A DNA stretch of 64,000 nt from Pseudomonas aeruginosa PAO1 (GCF_000006765.1 NC_002516.2); one strand, 5' to 3'; shown: positions 25,857 to 34,935, numbered from the stretch's first letter. The notes: generated by a model not told the origin, from the letters alone. A program made the numbers and translations.

Positions 25857-27695
25857 ATGGCCTTCGCCGTCGAGCTGGAGGAATGGGTCGGCGCCCACTG
25901 GCACCGCTTCATCACCCGCCATGCCAGCGGCGAGTTCGAGGCGGCGCGGGTGACCCTGGAGAGCATGCGGCGTCCGCTCGGCATGCTCTTCCGGGCGCTC
26001 GGCGGCGCACCGGGGGTAGCCCTCGAGGCGACCCCGGCGCGCCGCCTGCTGCTACGCCGCACCTGGTTGCAGCGGGTCGCCGGGACCTGCGAGCAGGCCC
26101 CGGTGTCCTGGTTCAACGGCGACAGCCTGCGCCTGCCGGAATCCCTCGCGGTCTATCCGCAGGCCGAGCTGAACCGCGAACTGTATCGCTGGCTGGCGCT
26201 GCTGGCGGCCAGCGCCGGGCCGCTGCGGCACTGGGCCCAGGACAACCAGCGCTGGGCGCGGCAGTTGCTCGATGCCTATCCGGCGCTGCGCCCGCGCTAC
26301 GCCCGGCTGGTCGCCGCGCATCTGCGCCAGCGCCCGTCGCTGGACGATTGCCCGGCGGCAGACGCCGAACTGGAAATCGCCCTGCGCCGCGCGCTTGCCG
26401 AGCCGGGCAGCGTCGAGCGCTTCCCGCGAGTCGAGCGGGCGCCCTGGCCGGTGCCGCTGTGGCTGTATCCCGGCGAGCGCTGGACGCCTTCCGCCAGTGC
26501 GGAGGACGGCGAGGAAGCGGCCGCCGGCGCCGGCAAGCGCCAGGTCGCCCGCAGCGGAGCGCGCAAGCGCGCCGAGCGCATTGAGGAACGCAACAGCGAA
26601 CGCAACCTGCTGCTGTTCCGCCTGGAAAGCCTGCTCAGTTGGTCGGAGCACCTGGCCCTGGACCGCTGTAGCGACGACGAGGACGACCCGGACGGCGCGC
26701 GCGTCGCCGAAGACCTCGACTACCTGTCGCTGTCGCGCCAGCGCACGCAGAAGGGCGGCGGCCTGCGCCTGGATCTCGACCTGCCGGCCGCCGACTACGA
26801 TGACCTGCCGCTCGGCCCCGGGCTGAAGCTGCCCGAGTGGGACTATCGGCAGCAGCGCCTGCTGAGCGACCACGTGCTGCTGCAACCGATGCGGCCGCGC
26901 GGCGCGACCAGCGCCAGCCTGCCGGCGCACCTGGAGAAGACCGCGCTGCATCTGCGCCGCCAGTTCGCCTGCCTGCGCGACGGCCGCCAACGCCTGCGCC
27001 AGCAGCCGCAAGGCGACGAGATCGACCTCGATGCCTGGCTCGACTTCCAGGTCGAGCGGCGGCGCGGCGGTTCCACCCAGCCAGGCCTGTTCCTCGAACA
27101 GCGGCCGCGCCGGCGCGACCTCGCCTGCCTGTTGCTGGCGGACCTGTCGATGTCCACCGAAGCCTACCTCGACGACCAGCGGCGAGTGATCGACAGCATC
27201 GTCGACAGCCTGCTGCTGTTCGGCGAGGCGTTGCAGGCACTGGGCGACCCCTTCGCGCTGTACGGGTTTTCCTCGGTGCGCCGGCAGCAGGTGCGCTGGC
27301 AGGTGCTGAAGGACTTCGACGAAGGCTACGGCGGCGAGGTCCGCGGTCGCGTGCTGGCGCTCTCGCCGGGCTACTACACGCGGATGGGCGCGGCGATCCG
27401 CCGGGCCAGCCAGGTGCTCGGCGGGCAGCCGCAGAAGCGTCGCCTGCTGTTGCTGTTGAGCGACGGCAAGCCCAACGACCTGGACCGCTACGAGGGCCGC
27501 TACGGCATCGAGGACACCCGCCAGGCGGTGATCGAGGCGCGCAGCCAGGGACTGGTGCCCTTCTGCATCACCATCGACAAGGAGGCGGCGGACTACCTGC
27601 CCTACCTGTTCGGCGCCGACGGCTTCGCGCTGGTCGAGCGCGCCGGGCAGTTGCCCGAGCGCCTGCTCCAGCTCTATCGGCGCCTGCGCCGCTGA
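25857..27695 (+). CDS. norD: NO reductase activation protein, VWA domain
   Basis: DLSMST MIDAS, YYTRMGAAIR, SDGKPND. Confidence 0.95.
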   Translation: MAFAVELEEWVGAHWHRFITRHASGEFEAARVTLESMRRPLGMLFRALGGAPGVALEATPARRLLLRRTWLQRVAGTCEQAPVSWFNGDSLRLPESLAVYPQAELNRELYRWLALLAASAGPLRHWAQDNQRWARQLLDAYPALRPRYARLVAAHLRQRPSLDDCPAADAELEIALRRALAEPGSVERFPRVERAPWPVPLWLYPGERWTPSASAEDGEEAAAGAGKRQVARSGARKRAERIEERNSERNLLLFRLESLLSWSEHLALDRCSDDEDDPDGARVAEDLDYLSLSRQRTQKGGGLRLDLDLPAADYDDLPLGPGLKLPEWDYRQQRLLSDHVLLQPMRPRGATSASLPAHLEKTALHLRRQFACLRDGRQRLRQQPQGDEIDLDAWLDFQVERRRGGSTQPGLFLEQRPRRRDLACLLLADLSMSTEAYLDDQRRVIDSIVDSLLLFGEALQALGDPFALYGFSSVRRQQVRWQVLKDFDEGYGGEVRGRVLALSPGYYTRMGAAIRRASQVLGGQPQKRRLLLLLSDGKPNDLDRYEGRYGIEDTRQAVIEARSQGLVPFCITIDKEAADYLPYLFGADGFALVERAGQLPERLLQLYRRLRR

Positions 27696-27701
27696 GATGC
27701 C

Positions 27702-27896
27702 TCAGGGAGCATCGCGCGGCAACCAGAGCATCATGCCCAGGCAGAACAGCGCCAGCCCGACGCAGAACCAGGCGAAGCGCCGCTGCCGGCGACCCTGGAG
27801 CTGGTGCTGGGAAGCGCTGGGCAGCGGCATGCCGCACTGTTCGCAGGCGCTTTCCGCGCCTTCGGTTTCATGGAGGCAATACAGGCATTGGCGCAT
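27702..27896 (-). CDS. 64-aa zinc-ribbon/transmembrane protein (PA0526, DnrP-like)
   Basis: CLYC-x14-CEQC, RRQRR, then one hydrophobic helix. Confidence 0.85.
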   Translation of the reverse strand: MRQCLYCLHETEGAESACEQCGMPLPSASQHQLQGRRQRRFAWFCVGLALFCLGMMLWLPRDAP

Positions 27897-27952
27897 GGGC
27901 GTTCTCGCGGGCTCGACCCCGCCAGCTTGCCGGCGGACGGGCCGTGGCGCGC

Positions 27953-27966
27953 TTGACCGCGATCAA
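27953..27966. promoter_or_regulatory. Anr/Dnr box upstream of the 64-aa gene
   Basis: TTGAC-CGCG-ATCAA in the dnr/PA0526 gap. Confidence 0.8.
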
Positions 27967-27979
27967 GCGGCGGCGCTGT

Positions 27980-28663
27980 TCACTCGAAGCACTCCAGGCG
28001 TTCGCGGTCGAGGATGCTGATTTCGCGGCCGTCGAGGTGGATGATGCCCTCGTCGCCGAGGCGGTGCATGATTCGCGAGAAGGTTTCCGGCTGGATCGAC
28101 AGGTGACCGGCCACCAGTTGCTTGGCCACCGGGATTTCCACCCGGCAGTTCTCCCCCGGCGCGTGGGCGGCGAGGGTCAGCAGGTAGCGCACCACGCGGT
28201 GGGTGGCGTTCTTCAGGGAAAGCGTCTCGATCTCGTCGATGCGCTGGTGCAGGCGGGTGCTGAGCTTGGCCAGCAGGGCCAGGGCCAACGGGGTGTTGTC
28301 CTGCAACTGGCGCAGGTAGGCCTTGTTGGAGAAACGGAACAGCTGGCTGGGCACCACGGCCTGGGCGGTGGCCACGTAGTTCGGGGTGTCCATGAACATC
28401 ATCGCCTCGGCGAAGGTGTTGCGTTCGTTGGTCACTTCGAGAATCTTCTCCTGGCCTTCCGGGGTCAGCCGGTAGATCTTCACGCAGCCGGAAATCAGGT
28501 AGTAGAAGGCGTGCGCCGGCTCGCCCTGGCGGAACACGTAGGCGCCCTTGTCGAGGTTGACCAGGTCGCTGCTGGCGAGCAGTTCCTGGAGCTGGACGGG
28601 AGAAAGCGGTTCGAACAGGTGGTGGCTTTGCAGCAACTGCTGGTGGACGCGCTGGAATTCCAT
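27980..28663 (-). CDS. dnr: NO-responsive CRP/FNR-family regulator
   Basis: MEFQRVHQQLL start, cNMP-like domain, HTH IQPETFSRI; 227 aa. Confidence 0.98.
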   Translation of the reverse strand: MEFQRVHQQLLQSHHLFEPLSPVQLQELLASSDLVNLDKGAYVFRQGEPAHAFYYLISGCVKIYRLTPEGQEKILEVTNERNTFAEAMMFMDTPNYVATAQAVVPSQLFRFSNKAYLRQLQDNTPLALALLAKLSTRLHQRIDEIETLSLKNATHRVVRYLLTLAAHAPGENCRVEIPVAKQLVAGHLSIQPETFSRIMHRLGDEGIIHLDGREISILDRERLECFE

Positions 28664-28724
28664 GCTGGGAAGGCTCGCGATGATGAGGGGACTGGCCACT
28701 GTAGCGGGCCCGGCGCAGATCATC

Positions 28725-28738
28725 TTGACGCACGGCAA
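28725..28738. promoter_or_regulatory. Degenerate Anr box of dnr
   Basis: TTGAC-GCAC-GGCAA, about 68 bp upstream of the dnr ATG. Confidence 0.65.
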
Positions 28739-28791
28739 GCTCCCGGCGGCTGGGTGTTGCCGTCGGTCCGGCGAGCGGAACTATTACAGCG

Positions 28792-28809
28792 TGTAAGCCA
28801 AGGCTTACA
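28792..28809. promoter_or_regulatory. GacA box (upstream activating sequence) of rsmY
   Basis: TGTAAGCCAAGGCTTACA palindrome at -75 to -58; -10 TAATCT at 28854-28859. Confidence 0.93.
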
Positions 28810-28866
28810 AACGGCGGTGGTTTTGGCTGCTTTCTCCCCCTCGCAGAGATGCGTAATCTTCAAACC

Positions 28867-28990
28867 GTCAGGACATTGCGCAGGAAGCGCCAAAGACAAT
28901 ACGGAAACTCAGGGAATCCACCATGGATGGTGGCGTAGCACGGATGTCAGGATAGAGGTCTGCAAAACCCCGCCCAAAAGGCGGGGTTTT
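28867..28990 (+). ncRNA. rsmY: RsmY small RNA (RsmA/RsmF sponge)
   Basis: GTCAGGACATTGCGCAGGAAGCGCC...; multiple ANGGA motifs, GacA box upstream, terminal hairpin; about 124 nt. Confidence 0.97.
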
Positions 28991-28992
28991 TT
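28964..28992. terminator. Bidirectional terminator for rsmY and the LysR gene
   Basis: AAAACCCCGCC-CAAAA-GGCGGGGTTTT plus TT. Confidence 0.92.
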
Positions 28993-29016
28993 ATTGCCCG
29001 AGGAAAACCGCGTCGC

Positions 29017-29895
29017 TCAGACCACGCCTTCCAGCAGCGAGCGCAGCAGCTCGACGCTGGCGTGCTGGCGTTGCGCGTCGCGGTAGACCAGGCCGACCTT
29101 CAGCGGGATGCGCGGTTCGCTGAGCGGTTTCCACAGCAGCCGCTGGTTCGAGTGCATCTGCCGTGCCTTGCCCGGTAGAACGGTGGCGAAGCGGGTCTGC
29201 GGCAGGCTGTCGAGAATCCCGCTCATGTGGTTCAGTTCCGCCTGCACCCGCGGCCGCCGGCCGATCGCGGCGAGTTGCTCCTGCCAGATCTGGCGCGCAC
29301 GGAACTCCTCGCCGAGCAGCAGCATCGGCAACTCCGCGGCCTGGGCCAGGGACACCTTCCTGAATTCCTTCAACGGGTGTTCCTCGGGGATCACCAGCTG
29401 CAATTCGTCTTCGTACAGCTCGACGCTGTGCAGGCCCGGCTGGCGCGGCGGCAGGAAACCGATGCCGATGTCCAGGTTGCCGGTGAGCAGGCGCCGCTCG
29501 ATGTCGATTCCCGACAGTTCGTAGATCTGCACCCGCAGGTGCGGCTGCGCGGCATGCAGGCGTTCGACCATGTACGGCACCAGGCTGGCGTTGACCGTCT
29601 GCAGCACGCCGATCGCCAGGCTGCGCGGGGTCTGCCCGCGGAATACGCGCATCGCCTCGCGGGCCCTTTCCAATCCCTCCAGCAGCGGTACCGCATGGTT
29701 GTACAGGGTGTGGGCGGCGACGGTCGGCAGCAGGCGCTTGCCGCTGCGCTGGAACAGCGAGACGTCGAGGTTCTGCTCCAACTGGCGGATCTGCTGCGAG
29801 AGGGCCGGTTGCGACAGGGCCAGGCGTTCGGCGGCGCGGCCGACGTGGCCTTCCTCGTAGAGCGCGACGAAATAGCGGAGTTGGCGAAAATCCAT
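29017..29895 (-). CDS. LysR-family regulator, CynR-like (PA0528)
   Basis: MDFRQLRYF..AAERLALSQPALSQQIRQLE HTH. Confidence 0.95.
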   Translation of the reverse strand: MDFRQLRYFVALYEEGHVGRAAERLALSQPALSQQIRQLEQNLDVSLFQRSGKRLLPTVAAHTLYNHAVPLLEGLERAREAMRVFRGQTPRSLAIGVLQTVNASLVPYMVERLHAAQPHLRVQIYELSGIDIERRLLTGNLDIGIGFLPPRQPGLHSVELYEDELQLVIPEEHPLKEFRKVSLAQAAELPMLLLGEEFRARQIWQEQLAAIGRRPRVQAELNHMSGILDSLPQTRFATVLPGKARQMHSNQRLLWKPLSEPRIPLKVGLVYRDAQRQHASVELLRSLLEGVV

Positions 29896-29908
29896 AAGCT
29901 GTTCTTAT
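29894..29908. promoter_or_regulatory. LysR recognition site (T-N11-A)
   Basis: ATAAG-CTGTT-CTTAT overlapping the LysR start codon, between divergent genes. Confidence 0.75.
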
Positions 29909-29996
29909 CGATGAAACTGGAAAATCGAAATGGAGTGGGTCCCGCGTGAGGCACTAGTCTAGCTGCATTGGCGGTACATCGGGTGGTCGCGGAGCA

Positions 29997-30698
29997 ATGG
30001 AGCAGATAGTCGTAAACGGTGTTTTCATAGGTAAAGTCGAAGAAACCTGGGGCGGATTGGTCAGCGCGATCGACAAGCTGCCGGTCGAGCAGGAGTTCTG
30101 GCTGGGCCACGATGGCCTGCCCGGCGACGAACAGGCCGACATCCGCCACCACGGCGGCCTCGAGCGCGCTCTTCATCACTATCCCGCCGAGCACTACCGC
30201 TACTGGCGCAAGCGCCACCCGCTGAACCGCTGGCAACTGCCGGCGTTCGGCGAGAACATCTCGACCTACGGCATCACCGAAGCCGAGGTCTGTATCGGCG
30301 ACCAGTTCCATTGGGGCGATGCCCTGCTGGAAGTCAGCCAGCCGCGTTCGCCCTGCTATCGCCAGGGCCAGCGCTGGAATCTTCCCGAGCTGCCCGACGA
30401 ATTGCAGAGCGGCGGCCGCTGCGGCTGGTTCTATCGGGTCCTGCGCAGCGGCATGGTGACTCCCGGGGACGAGCTGAAGCTGGTCCAGCGGCATTACCCT
30501 GAACTGACCGTCGCCCGCCTGTTGCAGTGGTATTTCGGCGATCCCCTGGAGCCTCTCGGGTTGCGCCAGATGATGGCCTGCGACGCGCTATCCCAGCGTT
30601 GGCGCAAGACAGCGGCGAAACGCCTGTCCAGCGGCGTGGTGGAAGACTGGGGGCCGCGCCTGCGCGGACCGTCGGATTACCGGGAGCATGCCTCTTGA
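29997..30698 (+). CDS. MOSC-domain protein, YiiM-like (PA0529)
   Basis: HHGG.ERALHHY, FGENIS, IGDQF, SQPRSPC, GRCGWFYRVLRSG, C-terminal 3-alpha domain. Confidence 0.92.
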   Translation: MEQIVVNGVFIGKVEETWGGLVSAIDKLPVEQEFWLGHDGLPGDEQADIRHHGGLERALHHYPAEHYRYWRKRHPLNRWQLPAFGENISTYGITEAEVCIGDQFHWGDALLEVSQPRSPCYRQGQRWNLPELPDELQSGGRCGWFYRVLRSGMVTPGDELKLVQRHYPELTVARLLQWYFGDPLEPLGLRQMMACDALSQRWRKTAAKRLSSGVVEDWGPRLRGPSDYREHAS

Positions 30699-30931
30699 GC
30701 GACTACCTGATCACCCTGAGCCAGTCCGGCCGGCTGTTGGCCAGCATGACGGTGAGCGCCGCGCGCTTTGCCGAGGTGCGCGAGCTGATGCGCCAGCGCT
30801 TCCCCGCCGGCGACGGCTTCGAACTGCGCTTCGAAACGCGCCGGGAAAAGCGTCGGCTGCTGGAGCAGGGGCCACAGGGCGTGCGCCTGCTGGCGGTGGA
30901 GTACATGACCGAGGAACTGAAAGATGGCTGA
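30695..30931 (+). CDS. 78-aa hypothetical protein
   Basis: TTG start overlapping the upstream TGA, GGAG 8 nt upstream, stop overlapping the next ATG, GC3-rich codons; MSDYLITLSQSGRLLASMTVS..EYMTEELKDG. Confidence 0.75.
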   Translation: MSDYLITLSQSGRLLASMTVSAARFAEVRELMRQRFPAGDGFELRFETRREKRRLLEQGPQGVRLLAVEYMTEELKDG

Positions 30932-32105
30932 TGCGCTGGATAGCCTGCGCCTGATGCGCACCCAGGAACGGCCCGCGCAGGTGTTCGTCCGTGGCCAGGG
31001 CTCGTGGCTGTGGGACAGCGACGGACGCGCCTTCCTCGACTTTACCCAGGGCCTGGCGGTGAACTGCCTTGGCCACAGTCCCAGCGTGCTGGTCCAGGCC
31101 CTGGCCCGGCAGGCGCGGGAGCTGGTCAGCGCAGGCCCCGGCCTGCTCAACCGGCCGGTGCTGGCATTGGCGCAGCGCCTGTGCCTGGCGACCGGCAGCG
31201 ACCAGGCCTACTTCCTCACCAGCGGCGCCGAGGCCAACGAAGCGGCCATCGCCCTGGCGCGCAAGTGGGGCCGCCTGCATCGCGGCGGCGCGCAACGGAT
31301 CGTCAGCACTGTCAACAGCATCCATGGACGCACCCCGGGCACCCTGACGGCTTGTGGCAAGCCGGCGCAGCATGGCCTGGAGGGATTCGCCAGGGTGCCG
31401 TTCAACGACCTCGACGCGATGGCTGCGGCCATCGACGAAGAGACGGTGGCGGTGATGCTGGAGCCGGTGCAGGGCGATGCCGGGGTGATCCCGGCGACCC
31501 TCGACTACCTGCGTGGCATCGAGCGGCTGTGCCGGCAGCGTGGCGTCCTGTTGATCCTCGACGAGGTGCAGACCGGCATCGGCCGCTGCGGCGCGCTGCT
31601 GGCGGAGGAACTGTACGGGGTACGCGCCGACATCGTTACCCTCGGCAAGGGCCTCGGCGCCGGGGTGCCGCTGTCGGCGCTGCTGGCGCGTGGCAACGCC
31701 TGCTGCTTCGAACCGGGCGACCAGCTTGGCACCCACCACGGCAACGCGTTGATGACCGCTGCCGGGCTGGCGGTACTGAATACCGTGCTGGAGCCGGGTT
31801 TCCTGGAGCAGGTGCGCGAGCAGGGCACCCACCTACGCGATGGCCTGGCCCGTGTCGCGCGTCGCTATGGGCATGGTCCGCTGCGCGGCCAGGGACTGTT
31901 CTGGGGGCTGCCGCTGATCGGCCAGCGCGCGCCGGCGGTGGTTCGCGCGGCGTTCGGCGAAGGCCTGCTGATCAACGCGCCGCAGCCGCACTGCCTGCGT
32001 TTTTCCCCGGCGCTGACGGTGAGCCGGGCCAACGTCGACGAAATGCTGCGGCGACTGGAACGGGCCCTGGCCCGGGTCGCCAACCGACACGAGGAGGTGG
32101 CCTGA
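30924..32105 (+). CDS. Class III PLP aminotransferase, ArgD-like (PA0530)
   Basis: FLDFTQG.AVN.LGH, SGAEANE, DEVQTG.GR, GKGLG. Confidence 0.93.
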   Translation: MADALDSLRLMRTQERPAQVFVRGQGSWLWDSDGRAFLDFTQGLAVNCLGHSPSVLVQALARQARELVSAGPGLLNRPVLALAQRLCLATGSDQAYFLTSGAEANEAAIALARKWGRLHRGGAQRIVSTVNSIHGRTPGTLTACGKPAQHGLEGFARVPFNDLDAMAAAIDEETVAVMLEPVQGDAGVIPATLDYLRGIERLCRQRGVLLILDEVQTGIGRCGALLAEELYGVRADIVTLGKGLGAGVPLSALLARGNACCFEPGDQLGTHHGNALMTAAGLAVLNTVLEPGFLEQVREQGTHLRDGLARVARRYGHGPLRGQGLFWGLPLIGQRAPAVVRAAFGEGLLINAPQPHCLRFSPALTVSRANVDEMLRRLERALARVANRHEEVA

Positions 32106-32821
32106 TGCGCGCCCTGGTATTGCAACACGTTCCCTTCGAAGGCAGCGCGCGGATCGGCGACTGGATCGGCCGCCACTGTGAGCACGAGCACGTCTGCTAC
32201 CTCTACGCCGACGCCCACCTGCCTGCGCTGGACAGCTTCGACCTGCTGGTGGTGATGGGCGGGCCGATGAGCGTCCACGACGAAGCGCAATATCCCTGGC
32301 TGGTGGCGGAGAAGCGTTTGATCCGCGCGGCGCTGGATGCCGGCAAGAAGGTCCTCGGCATCTGCCTCGGCGCGCAGCTGCTGGCCCAGGCGCTGGGGGC
32401 TGCGGTACGCCCGGGACGCCAGGCGGAGATCGGCTGGTGGCCGCTGCACAGGTACAGCCAGGCGCTGGGCTCGCCGCTGGGCGAGCGCCTGCCGGAACGG
32501 CTGATGGCGTTCCACTGGCACGGCGAGACCTTCGACCTGCCAGCCGGCAGCGTGCCGCTCTATGGTTCGGCTGCCTGCGCCAACCAGGGCTTCATCTGGA
32601 ACGAGCAGGCTATCGGCCTGCAATGTCACCTGGAAAGCACCGCGGAGAGCATCGAGGCGCTGCTCGATGCCTGCCCGCAGGACCTGCAACGGGAAGGGGC
32701 GGTGCAGAGCGCCGGGAGGATCCGCCAGGGTGTCGCGCATTGCCGCGAGGTGGCGCCGGTGCTGTTCCTGTTGCTCGATTACCTGGCGCATCGGCCGGCG
32801 GAGATCGCACGCCGGGCCTGA
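32105..32821 (+). CDS. Type 1 glutamine amidotransferase-like protein (PA0531)
   Basis: QHVPFEG, MGGPMS, GICLGAQ nucleophile, QCHLE His-x-Glu. Confidence 0.93.
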   Translation: MRALVLQHVPFEGSARIGDWIGRHCEHEHVCYLYADAHLPALDSFDLLVVMGGPMSVHDEAQYPWLVAEKRLIRAALDAGKKVLGICLGAQLLAQALGAAVRPGRQAEIGWWPLHRYSQALGSPLGERLPERLMAFHWHGETFDLPAGSVPLYGSAACANQGFIWNEQAIGLQCHLESTAESIEALLDACPQDLQREGAVQSAGRIRQGVAHCREVAPVLFLLLDYLAHRPAEIARRA

Positions 32822-32850
32822 TCGCCAGAAAGATTCCTCTGTCCTCGCAT

Positions 32851-32892
32851 GCGCCTCCGGACGTCGTTTTGGTCCTGTGGGGCGCTTTTTTT
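32851..32892 (+). terminator. Probable intrinsic terminator of the MOSC operon
   Basis: GCGCCTC..GGAC..GTCC..GGGGCGC interrupted stem followed by T7. Confidence 0.65.
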
Positions 32893-32895
32893 ATT

Positions 32896-33159
32896 CTAGG
32901 CTGCGTGCTTTCCCAACCAGGGCTCCAGTAGTGCCAGGTCGCGACGCAGGCTTTCGGCGAACAGGTGCAGGCGGGTGGGGTTGTCCAGCTCGCCGGGCTG
33001 GATGCCGACGAAGGTGAAGGTTTCGTCGTGCTCTCGGGCGGCGACATTGATACTGACGGTGCCGTCGTAGTGCATCCGGCACTGGCAGTCGTAGCCTTCC
33101 AGCGCCTGGTTCAGGCTGCGCTGGATCTCGCCGAGATCGGGGTGCTTGTTCTTGCTCAT
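32896..33159 (-). CDS. Small hypothetical protein, DUF1652-like (PA0532 locus)
   Basis: 3' end of the long track ORF: MSKNKHPDLGEIQRSLNQALEGYDCQC.MHYDGTVSI..LRRDL; alternative start 33171. Confidence 0.65.
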   Translation of the reverse strand: MSKNKHPDLGEIQRSLNQALEGYDCQCRMHYDGTVSINVAAREHDETFTFVGIQPGELDNPTRLHLFAESLRRDLALLEPWLGKHAA

Positions 33160-33346
33160 CGCGTCGCTCATGCAAGGGGATGGGGCTTTCTTCTCGTGCA
33201 GGGCGAGTCGGGTGGATGCGTCGACGACCTCGGGACCGAGGGGCGGCGTAGCCTCCCGGCCGGCGCGGCGTCTGGGCTTCCCGCCCGGACATTGCTTCCT
33301 GTATCGCCAGGGTAGGGGTGCCTCCGCTATCGTTTCGCGATGCAAA

Positions 33347-33367
33347 TGCACTAGCACCGCTAGTGCA
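33347..33367. promoter_or_regulatory. Perfect dyad between the divergent PA0532 and PAS-LuxR genes
   Basis: TGCACTAGC-ACC-GCTAGTGCA. Confidence 0.6.
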
Positions 33368-33444
33368 ATCGTCACGCGTGCGCGGTCAGGGCGGGCGGGC
33401 ATCCTTGCTGCCCCCGGAAAATCGCTCCATCCAAGAGGAACAGC

Positions 33445-34935
33445 ATGAACGACCAGGTACTGCGTACCCAGACCGACCGCCGCCAGTTGCAGCAGATCAT
33501 CGCCGGTCTTACCGAAGGGGTGATCCTGATCGAGCCGGACCAGCGCATCCTCTGGGCCAACGAGGCGGCCCTGGCGATGCACGGCGTCGATTCGCTGGAA
33601 GGCCTGGGCGCCGATACCGGCGAGTATCGCGAGCGCTTTCGCCTGCGCTACCGCAACAATCATCCGCTGCAGGAGGGGCAGTACCCGGCCGAGCGCCTGG
33701 TGGCTGGCGAGTGCTTCAGCGACGTGGTGGTGGAAGTGTTTCCCGCCGCCGACGAGGACACCCGCTGGGTGCACCGCGTGCGCGGGCTGGTGCTGACCAC
33801 CCCCGAGGACAAGCCCGACTGCCTGGTGCTGATCCTCCACGACGCCACCGAGTGGGCCAGCGCCGAGCAGCGCTTCGAGAAGACCTTCAATGCCAACCCG
33901 GCGCCGGCGGTGATCTGCCGGCTCAGCGACTACCGCTACGTGAAGGTCAATGTCGGTTTCCTGGAAATGACCGGCTATGCCCGCGACCAGGTGATCGGCC
34001 GTTCGGTGTACGAGCTGGACGTACTCGACCAGGCCGAGCGCCGCGAACTGGCGGTGGAGCGTCTGGGCGCCGGCGAGACCATCCCGCAGATGGAGGCGAG
34101 CCTGCGGGTGGCGGAGGGCGGACGCAAGTGCGTGGTGGTCGCCGGGCAGCCGATAGAGGTCGGCGAGGAGGCCTGCATGCTCTTCACTTTCACCGATCTC
34201 GAACCGCGGAAGAAGGCCGAGGAGGCCCTGCGCAAGAGCGAGGAGCGCTTCGCCAAGGCCTTCCGCATGGCACCGGTGCCGAGCCTGGTGCTGTACGGCG
34301 ACGACCTGCAGGCGCTGGACATCAACCAGGCCTTCAGCGAAACCTTCGGCTACCAGGCCGAGGAACTGCTCGGCGAGTCCACCGTCGCCTGCGGGTTGTG
34401 GCAGGACGGCGGCGCCGAGCGCCTGGGCGAGCTGCTGGCGCAGAGCGGCAGCGTGCGCAACGTCCAGCTGCGCCTGCAGCACAAGGATCGCAACGGCCTG
34501 GACTGCCTGGTCTCGGCCGAGGCGGTGAGCCTCAACGAGCAGGACTGCGTGCTGGTGGCCTTGCTGGACATCAGCGACCGGCGGCGCACCGAAATGGAGC
34601 TGGTGCACGCCATCGAGACGGTGATGCAGGACGCTTCCTGGTTCAGCCGCACCCTGATCGAAAAGCTCGCCAACGTGCGCCGCGCCAACGCGCCGGGCAC
34701 CGGCGCCGAACTGGCCGACCTGACTGCGCGCGAGCGCGAGGTGTTCGACCTCATCTGCCAGGGCCTGGCGGACAAGGAGATCGCCAAGGAACTGGGCCTG
34801 GCGCCGAACACCGTGCGCAACCACGTGGCGACCATCTACGCCAAGCTCGATGTCCACAGCCGTGGCGAGGCCATCGTCTGGGCACGCGAACGCGGATTCG
34901 CGCCGGAGCCGCGCAACGGCAACGGGCGCAAATAA
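33445..34935 (+). CDS. Multi-PAS LuxR-family regulator (PA0533)
   Basis: PAS repeats, C-terminal LTAREREV..GLADKEIA..L...TVRNHVATIYAKL. Confidence 0.95.
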   Translation: MNDQVLRTQTDRRQLQQIIAGLTEGVILIEPDQRILWANEAALAMHGVDSLEGLGADTGEYRERFRLRYRNNHPLQEGQYPAERLVAGECFSDVVVEVFPAADEDTRWVHRVRGLVLTTPEDKPDCLVLILHDATEWASAEQRFEKTFNANPAPAVICRLSDYRYVKVNVGFLEMTGYARDQVIGRSVYELDVLDQAERRELAVERLGAGETIPQMEASLRVAEGGRKCVVVAGQPIEVGEEACMLFTFTDLEPRKKAEEALRKSEERFAKAFRMAPVPSLVLYGDDLQALDINQAFSETFGYQAEELLGESTVACGLWQDGGAERLGELLAQSGSVRNVQLRLQHKDRNGLDCLVSAEAVSLNEQDCVLVALLDISDRRRTEMELVHAIETVMQDASWFSRTLIEKLANVRRANAPGTGAELADLTAREREVFDLICQGLADKEIAKELGLAPNTVRNHVATIYAKLDVHSRGEAIVWARERGFAPEPRNGNGRK

